The position numbers were made by a program, and so were the translations under genes. Below are positions 58,345 through 64,000 of a DNA stretch of 64,000 bases, piece after piece. Below the pieces are notes generated by a model. The model was not told the origin of the DNA and did no database searches. It worked only from the letters and a program-made list of their open reading frames with translations. The stretch's first letter is position 1, and every line of letters starts with the position of its first letter. Source of the stretch: Thermodesulfobacteriota bacterium (GTDB lineage: Bacteria > Desulfobacterota > Desulfobulbia > Desulfobulbales > SURF-16); contig JBFMAY010000018.1 in assembly GCA_040755455.1 (NCBI GenBank), forward strand, positions 3,303 to 67,302, written 5' to 3'.

Positions 58345-59373
58345 ATGAAGACAAATTTTCTCAAGGCCTGCAAAGGAGAAGAGGTCAGCCAAACCCCTAT
58401 CTGGATTATGCGCCAGGCCGGCCGATACCTGCCTGACTATCATAAAGTTCGTGGCAAGGTGACATTTCTGGAGCTCTGCAAAACCCCGGAGCTGGCAGCA
58501 GAGGTCACCCTGCAGCCAGTGGATATCCTCGGCGTTGACGCGGCAATCCTCTTTTCCGATATCCTGGTGGTGCTCGATGCCATGGGCATGCCCCTTGAGT
58601 TCAGGGAAAAACAGGGACCGGTGCTGCCAGCACCCATTCGTACCAAGGCGGATGTTGACAGGCTCATTGTGCCTGACCCGGCCGACAAGCTCAGCTATGT
58701 CATGGATACCATCCAGCTGCTGCGCCGGGAACTTGCCGACAAAGTGCCACTCATCGGTTTTGCCGGCGCCCCCTTTACCCTGGCAACCTACATGGTTGAA
58801 GGCGGGTCTTCGAAAAATTTTTTCCAGACCAAGAAGATGATGTACTCTGCCCCTGATATTTACGGGGCCATGCTTGACAAGGTGACCGACTGCACCATCA
58901 GCTATCTGCTGGCCCAGGTTGAGGCCGGCGCCCAGGCCCTGCAGGTTTTTGATTCCTGGGCCGGTGCCCTGGCGCCCTGTGATTTTGCCGAGTTTGCCCT
59001 GCCTTATGTAAAGAAGATCATGGACGCCCTGAAGCCTGCCGGGGTGCCGTTGATTTATTTTGCCAACAATGGCGCCACCCTGATGAATCTGTCAAAGACC
59101 TGCGGTGCTGATGTGCAGGGGCTGGACTGGCGGGTTAATCTCAGCGATGCCATCAAGGTTTTCGGGCCGGATATCTCCGTGCAGGGCAATCTTGATCCCT
59201 GCGCCCTGCTGCTGCCCGAGGATAAGCTGGAAAAAAGAATCGCCGCCATCCTTGAGGAAGGAAAAGCGGCCCGGGGCCATATTTTCAACCTGGGCCACGG
59301 CATTCTGCCTGAAACTCCGCCGGAAAAGGCCAAGTTCGTCGTTGATGCGGTACACCGTTTATCAGTCCGGTAG
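58345..59373 (+). CDS. hemE: uroporphyrinogen decarboxylase
   Basis: PIW.MRQAGRYLP.Y, D.AILFSDIL, GF.GAPFTLA.YM.EG, FDSWAG and NLGHGI motifs. Confidence 0.95.
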   Translation: MKTNFLKACKGEEVSQTPIWIMRQAGRYLPDYHKVRGKVTFLELCKTPELAAEVTLQPVDILGVDAAILFSDILVVLDAMGMPLEFREKQGPVLPAPIRTKADVDRLIVPDPADKLSYVMDTIQLLRRELADKVPLIGFAGAPFTLATYMVEGGSSKNFFQTKKMMYSAPDIYGAMLDKVTDCTISYLLAQVEAGAQALQVFDSWAGALAPCDFAEFALPYVKKIMDALKPAGVPLIYFANNGATLMNLSKTCGADVQGLDWRVNLSDAIKVFGPDISVQGNLDPCALLLPEDKLEKRIAAILEEGKAARGHIFNLGHGILPETPPEKAKFVVDAVHRLSVR

Positions 59374-59391
59374 GTGGAGGTGGTTTACGGC

Positions 59392-59958
59392 GTGAAGATT
59401 CCCACAGTAGATACCTGTCTCCAGCTGATGGAGGATTACCGGATGCTGGACAATATCAAGGCCCATTCCAAGGTTGTGGCCAGGGTGGCTGAATTGATCA
59501 CCGTTGGCCTTACGCGAAGGAGTGGCGAGGCCCTTAATCTTGATCTGGTTATATCCGCCTCCTTGCTTCATGATATTGCCAAAACCCAGTGTCTCGACAG
59601 CCGCTGCGACCACGCCAAAGTGGGCGGCGAGATCTGCCGTGGGCACGGTTTTGTCGAAATAGCCGATATTGTTGAAGAGCATGTGGTGATTAAAAGCAAC
59701 GGCAGCGGGCGCATCACGGAAAAGGAGATTGTCTACTACGCCGACAAGCGGGTCAATCATGACCAGGTGGTCAGCCTCCATGACCGGCTCGACTATATTT
59801 TAGACCGCTATGCCCGTAATAATGCCGTACGCCATGATTTGATCCAGCAGAATTTTGCCAAATGCCTCACGATGGAAAAGAGGATTTTCGACAACCTTGA
59901 TTTCAGTCCTGAACAACTAGCTGCCCTTATCATGGCAAAACGGGAATGGAGGGTTTGA
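59392..59958 (+). CDS. HD (HDIG-type) domain phosphohydrolase-like protein
   Basis: H...V and LLHDIAK metal-ligand motifs, YADKRV. GTG 59392 follows GGAGGTGG. The track start GTG 59374 directly abuts the hemE stop and is an alternative. Confidence 0.75.
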   Translation: MKIPTVDTCLQLMEDYRMLDNIKAHSKVVARVAELITVGLTRRSGEALNLDLVISASLLHDIAKTQCLDSRCDHAKVGGEICRGHGFVEIADIVEEHVVIKSNGSGRITEKEIVYYADKRVNHDQVVSLHDRLDYILDRYARNNAVRHDLIQQNFAKCLTMEKRIFDNLDFSPEQLAALIMAKREWRV

Positions 59959-59961
59959 CCA

Positions 59962-60939
59962 ATGGCGGATCAGCCGCAGTCCATAGGTGTAATTGTGCTC
60001 AATCTGGGAGGTCCTGAACGGCTTGCTGATGTGGAGCCGTTTTTGTACAACCTCTTTTCTGATCGCCGGATTATCCGGCTGGGACCGGCTTTGCTGCAAA
60101 AGCCCATCGCCTGGATGATCGCCAAGCGCCGCGCCCCGAAAAGCCGGAAGGCCTATGCACTTATCGGCGGCGGCTCACCACTGAAAAGTCTTACCATGCA
60201 GCAGGGTGAGGCGCTGGAGAGGGAGCTCGGCAAGGTGGGCAGGTTCAAGGTTGCCATGGCCATGCGCTATTGGCCCCCCTTTGCCCGGGAAACCCTGCAG
60301 AAATTTGCCGACCAGCATATTACCCGCATCATCGCCCTCACCCTTTACCCACATTTTTCCAAGGCCACGACCGGCTCTTCCCTTGATGATCTGCGGCAGG
60401 CCGCGGGCGCATTTCCCGGATTTTTCGAGATAGCCGAGATTGCCGCCTGGCCGGAGCAGCCCGATTATATCCAATGTCTGGCAGATTCCATTGTTGCCGG
60501 CATGAAACAGTTCGAGGGTGCCAAGGCGCAGCTGGTTTACAGCGCCCATAGCCTGCCGGTGCAATTTATTGAGGAGGGAGACCCCTATCTTGATGACATG
60601 AATAAAACCATCGGGGCGGTGGAAAAAATTACCGGGATAAAAGGCCATCTTTGTTTTCAGAGTAGAAGCGGTCCGGTGGAATGGCTGTCGCCGTCCACCC
60701 CGGACATGCTGGAGCAGCTGGCGGGCCAGGGATGCAGCAATGTGCTGATGGTTCCCATCAGTTTTGTATCCGACCATGTGGAAACCCTCTATGAAATTGA
60801 CATCCAGTACCGGGAGATGGCCCAAGCCTTAGGCATGACCCTGAAAAGGACAGCATCTCTTAATGTCATGCCCCGTTTTATTGCCGGTTTAAAAAAACTC
60901 GTCGAGGCCGCAGCGCGGCAGCAAAACTGGCTGCCCTGA
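59962..60939 (+). CDS. hemH: ferrochelatase (protoporphyrin- or coproporphyrin-type not distinguishable here)
   Basis: GV.VLNLGGP, YP..S..TTGS, SAHS.P and FQSR.GP..WL.P motifs. 325 aa. Confidence 0.93.
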   Translation: MADQPQSIGVIVLNLGGPERLADVEPFLYNLFSDRRIIRLGPALLQKPIAWMIAKRRAPKSRKAYALIGGGSPLKSLTMQQGEALERELGKVGRFKVAMAMRYWPPFARETLQKFADQHITRIIALTLYPHFSKATTGSSLDDLRQAAGAFPGFFEIAEIAAWPEQPDYIQCLADSIVAGMKQFEGAKAQLVYSAHSLPVQFIEEGDPYLDDMNKTIGAVEKITGIKGHLCFQSRSGPVEWLSPSTPDMLEQLAGQGCSNVLMVPISFVSDHVETLYEIDIQYREMAQALGMTLKRTASLNVMPRFIAGLKKLVEAAARQQNWLP

Positions 60940-61216
60940 ACCTTTTTCCCCCGTTTTTTTAAGAGAATCTGGCGCGTTTCCCGTGCCGGGATTTCCCCCG
61001 TAAGGTAGCGCACAAGGCCCAAAGCTGTCCCGCGTTCCCTATCTGTTCGCTGTGGTAAGTGTATTTGTTGCCGCAGGCAGTGTGGCATATCTATGCAACA
61101 CTTTGTGTGGCGCGCACCATTGTCTGCTACACTTCTGTTTTTTTCCCTTATGCAACAATCAGGAAAAATGCTTAATTAGCGAATGGTTAGCTGTTTTTTG
61201 CCAGAGATGTTTCTTG

Positions 61217-61232
61217 TGGCACGGCTACTGCT
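61217..61232 (+). promoter_or_regulatory. sigma-54 (-24/-12) promoter TGGCACGGCTACTGCT
   Basis: TGGCACG-N4-CTGCT. The GG and GC elements have the exact 10-nt separation of the consensus TGGCACG-N4-TTGCW. The GC element lies about 58 nt upstream of the ATG at 61290. Confidence 0.75.
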
Positions 61233-61289
61233 TTTCTTTGCATTAAAAGGGAAGCGTAAGGCCTCTGCAAGAAAAGAAGGGGGACGGCA

Positions 61290-61508
61290 ATGAAAAAAAC
61301 AGCTAAAAATCGGATTAGCACGGCAGTCATTGACAGCTACGATTACGATGAAGATATTGCTGAAGCGGCAAGTCACGTAGGCACCGGAACTATTTTTAAT
61401 ATCTGCGCTGTGATAGGTGTCTGGGGGCTGAGCTGTCTGGGCAGTGCCATCGTCCAGTCCGGCATCGTTGATGTGATGAAGGGGTGGCTTGGGGCCATAG
61501 CAGGATAA
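61290..61508 (+). CDS. 72-aa hypothetical micro-protein with an acidic N-terminus and one or two hydrophobic helices
   Basis: AAGGGGGA SD 6 nt upstream of the ATG. Sequence MKKTAKNRISTAVIDSYDYDEDIAEAASHVGTGTIFNICAVIGVWGLSCLGSAIVQSGIVDVMKGWLGAIAG. A sigma-54 promoter lies upstream and a GC hairpin (61576-61593) downstream. Confidence 0.55.
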   Translation: MKKTAKNRISTAVIDSYDYDEDIAEAASHVGTGTIFNICAVIGVWGLSCLGSAIVQSGIVDVMKGWLGAIAG

Positions 61509-61601
61509 AGATGGATTGTAAGGGTGATTATCTCATTGCCGTTATGAAATCCAGTTGATATTGCGGAGGAGGTTGCCCCGCGCCAGGGCGGGGGGGAGTT
61601 T

Positions 61602-62714
61602 TCAGCTGGGCACCTGGTAGCGCCTCATTCTGACGCTGATCAGGATGCCGATGCCGGCCATGGTGGTGATAAGTGACGATCCTCCGTAGCTGAAAAGGGG
61701 CAGCGGCATGCCGACCACGGGCAGCATGCCCATGACCATGGCGAGATTGATGAATGCCTGCCAGAAGATAAGCGACACCACGCCGATGCAGAGCAGCGTA
61801 CCGAATTTGTCCCGGGAGGACACGGCGCTGTTCAAGCCCCAGAGGATGAGGAAAAAATAAATGGATAAAAACAGGGCAGAGCCGACAAAGCCGAACTCCT
61901 CGGCCCAGATGGAAAAGGCGAAGTCGGTATGGCGTTCCGGCAGGAAATCAAGATGGCCTTGGGTCCCCGCCAGATATCCCTTGCCGAAGGTCAGTCCGCT
62001 GCCGACGGCGATCTTTGACTGCATGATATGATAGCCGCTCTTTAACGGATCAGCCTCCGGGTTGAGAAATGTTTCAATGCGCTGGCGCTGGTATGGTTTA
62101 AGAATGAATTTCCAGGCGATGGGGATGAGGGAGGCGCAGACCCCCAGCAGAATATTCAGGGTTTGCCATTTGAGTTTGACAAACAGCGTCATGGAAACAA
62201 AGATAAAGCCAAGCATCAGCGCCGTACCCAGATCCGGCTGTTTGAGGATGAGCAGAAAAGGGAAAAGGGTCAGGGCAATGGGGATGCCCAGTTCTTTCAG
62301 GGTAAATCCCTTGCCGGTGTCCTTACGGGAATAGTAACTTGCCAGGGTGATCACGAGCATGAGTTTGGCCGGCTCGGATGGTTGCAGATTGAAAAAACCT
62401 AGATTGATCCAGCGCTGGGCTCCGGACATGGTTTTGCCGAAAATCAGGGCAGAGAGCAGCAGCAGGCAGATGGCGCCGTACATGGGGTAGTTCCAGGACA
62501 TGAAGATGCGGTAATCTACGCTGATAATGGCCAAGACCAGCCCCATGCCCATAATGAAATAATAGAGCTGCTTGATATAGATCGGAGTGCCCGCCGGTTT
62601 ATCCGGATAAATCGCGCTGTAAAGGTTCATGAGGCACATGGTGGCAATAAGTGCCAGCCAGAGCAGGATAATCCAGTCGAAATGCTGTATGAGTCGTCGG
62701 TCAAATCGTAACAT
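61602..62714 (-). CDS. rodA: peptidoglycan glycosyltransferase RodA (SEDS family)
   Basis: 10-TM pattern, QPSE.AK, F.P....DFAF, LP..G.PLP..SYGGSS motifs. Confidence 0.93.
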   Translation of the reverse strand: MLRFDRRLIQHFDWIILLWLALIATMCLMNLYSAIYPDKPAGTPIYIKQLYYFIMGMGLVLAIISVDYRIFMSWNYPMYGAICLLLLSALIFGKTMSGAQRWINLGFFNLQPSEPAKLMLVITLASYYSRKDTGKGFTLKELGIPIALTLFPFLLILKQPDLGTALMLGFIFVSMTLFVKLKWQTLNILLGVCASLIPIAWKFILKPYQRQRIETFLNPEADPLKSGYHIMQSKIAVGSGLTFGKGYLAGTQGHLDFLPERHTDFAFSIWAEEFGFVGSALFLSIYFFLILWGLNSAVSSRDKFGTLLCIGVVSLIFWQAFINLAMVMGMLPVVGMPLPLFSYGGSSLITTMAGIGILISVRMRRYQVPS

Positions 62715-62802
62715 GATCTAGGGGAGAATTATCGCAAGCTGGATTATTAAGGGCGGGCAACAGCCTCCTGCAGCCATCTTGACGATGCAATTTAATATAT
62801 CC

Positions 62803-64000
62803 TTACTGGTTTGTTTCCTCGACGGTTTTTTCCTTAAAATACTCTTCCAGCAGCTGTTTGGCAATAGGCGCGGCCACCGAACCTCCATGGCCGCTATGCT
62901 CAACAAGCACGGTTATGGCAATTTCCGGTTTCTCTGCGGGGGCAAAACAGGTGAACCAGGCATGATCCTTGTATTGCCTGGGGAGCAGCGACTGCGGTAT
63001 GCTCTTGAACTTGGCCATGCGAACCACCTGGGCGGTGCCGGTTTTACCGCCCACTGTAATCGTTGGCATTTTGGCGCTGGTCGCTGTGCCATGCTTGGTG
63101 TTCACTGCATCGATCAATCCTTTTATAATGAGATTCCTGTCCTGCGCGGAGCCGTAAACCGTGCCGAGAAGGTCGGGTTGGACCTTGTCAAGGGTGGAGC
63201 CCTCTGGGGCCTTGATTGTTTCGATGATCTGGGGTTTGTAGAGCTTGCCGCCATTGACCAGGGCAGCCGTCATACGGCAGATCTGTAAAGGGGTTGCCAG
63301 ATTAAATCCCTGACCAATGGCAACGGAAAGGGTTTCGCCGTCCTGCCATGCTTCATTCTTTTTCTTCTTTTTCCAGGCGGAAGTGGGGGTGAGCCCAGGT
63401 TTTTCATGTTCAAGTTCAATGCCGGTTTTCTGGCCCAGACCTAAACTTTCCGCATAGGCTGCGAGTCTATCCACCCCAACCCGTTGCCCGACCTGATAGA
63501 AATAAACATCGCAGGATTCGGCCAAGGCTCTCTGCAGGCTGATCGCGCCGTGTCCCCCGGTTTTCCAGCAACCGTAGCGCCGGTTATAGATATTGAGGCC
63601 GCCGTTGCAATAGAAAACAGTTTGCGGGGTAATAATTTTTTCGCCCAGACCTGCCAGCGCCGTAATGATTTTGTATGTTGATCCGGGTGGGTACTGACCC
63701 TGAGTTGTTTTATCGATCAGGGGATGCAGCGGATCGTTGAGATGCTCCTGCCACACCTTCGTGGAAATTCCGCCGATGAACTCGTCAAGCTTGAGGGGTG
63801 GAGCGCTTGCCAACGCCAGCAGTTTGCCCGTATTAACCTCCATGGCCACCACGGCACCGCCGAGCCCTTCCATGGCTTTTTCGGCGGTCAGCTGCAGGTC
63901 TATGTCTATGGTCAGCTGCAGATCATTACCCGGCAGGGGGTCCTGGTGTTGGAGTATCTTCTGTTCAAAACCAAGAACGTCAACCTCAAGGTAGCGGTGG
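62803..64000 (-). CDS. mrdA: penicillin-binding protein 2 (transpeptidase), C-terminal two-thirds; the gene continues beyond the window
   Basis: GAVVAMEVNTGKLLALASAP, SxxK motif PGSTYK, SxN-like region, KTGTAQ motif. The frame stays open upstream of the track start to position 64000 (hand translated ...DLQLTIDIDLQLTAEKAMEG). Confidence 0.92.
   Translation of the reverse strand, partial: HRYLEVDVLGFEQKILQHQDPLPGNDLQLTIDIDLQLTAEKAMEGLGGAVVAMEVNTGKLLALASAPPLKLDEFIGGISTKVWQEHLNDPLHPLIDKTTQGQYPPGSTYKIITALAGLGEKIITPQTVFYCNGGLNIYNRRYGCWKTGGHGAISLQRALAESCDVYFYQVGQRVGVDRLAAYAESLGLGQKTGIELEHEKPGLTPTSAWKKKKKNEAWQDGETLSVAIGQGFNLATPLQICRMTAALVNGGKLYKPQIIETIKAPEGSTLDKVQPDLLGTVYGSAQDRNLIIKGLIDAVNTKHGTATSAKMPTITVGGKTGTAQVVRMAKFKSIPQSLLPRQYKDHAWFTCFAPAEKPEIAITVLVEHSGHGGSVAAPIAKQLLEEYFKEKTVEETNQ

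Overview
Densely packed chromosomal window with about 55 protein genes. I saw no rRNA, tRNA, CRISPR array, transposase, integrase or obvious prophage or defence island. GC looks moderate (low-to-mid 50s % by eye, not computed). The gene content points to an anaerobic, sigma-54-using, multiheme-cytochrome-rich bacterium of deltaproteobacterial (Desulfobacterota) type: an AhbD-type radical SAM heme enzyme, an OmcS-family cytochrome, PEP-CTERM-type EPS export genes and anaerobic cobalamin genes.

Gene blocks in window order:
- 1-2378 (-): overlapping histidine kinase / lipoprotein / sigma-54 response regulator module resembling GlrK-QseG-GlrR.
- 2548-10801 (+): PEP-CTERM-type exopolysaccharide export block (TPR lipoprotein, Wza-like exporter, OM barrel, chain-length determinant, tyrosine-kinase-like ATPase, AAA ATPase). 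It is bracketed by two copies of a ~110-nt hairpin-containing repeat.
- 10912-13110 (+): bioH-like, bioC, bioD.
- 13152-23691: mixed housekeeping (DUF2892 protein, LolA-like protein, ArsR, SAM hydroxide adenosyltransferase, YibQ-type deacetylase, polyprenyl synthase, DinG-like helicase, Usp, an orphan 373-aa protein, parvulin PPIase, beta-helix transferase).
- 23928-27957 (+): lon, mltG and a lone gspG-type pseudopilin.
- 27985-29085 (-): OmcS-family cytochrome, tail-to-tail with gspG.
- 29606-41595: RNase G/E, radical SAM-HTH protein, ilvD, lptD, DHH protein, mltB, PilZ protein, acs.
- 41871-45203 (+): mltA, a PilT-family ATPase and a zinc-ribbon/pseudo-receiver protein.
- 45260-50161: cbiB-cobQ (-), then an MCP (+) with two tandem CZB zinc-site modules in its predicted periplasmic loop.
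- 50312-55667 (-): nadE / 11-heme cytochrome / hisD / rsmG run.
- 55797-60939 (+): PIN-PhoH protein, then an ahbD-like / hemE / HD-domain / hemH cluster.
- 61217-61508 (+): canonical sigma-54 promoter driving a 72-aa membrane micro-protein.
- 61602-64000 (-): rodA and mrdA.

Nothing here is an unambiguous novel multi-gene system. The most interesting leads are:
- the OmcS-like cytochrome next to the orphan pseudopilin;
- the mixed ahbD/hemE/HD/hemH heme cluster;
- the PilT plus zinc-ribbon pseudo-receiver pair;
- the repeated hairpin element flanking EPS genes;
- the sigma-54 micro-protein;
- a candidate small RNA in the rng 3-prime region.

All family assignments come from reading motifs and from memory of reference sequences. 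No database search was run.
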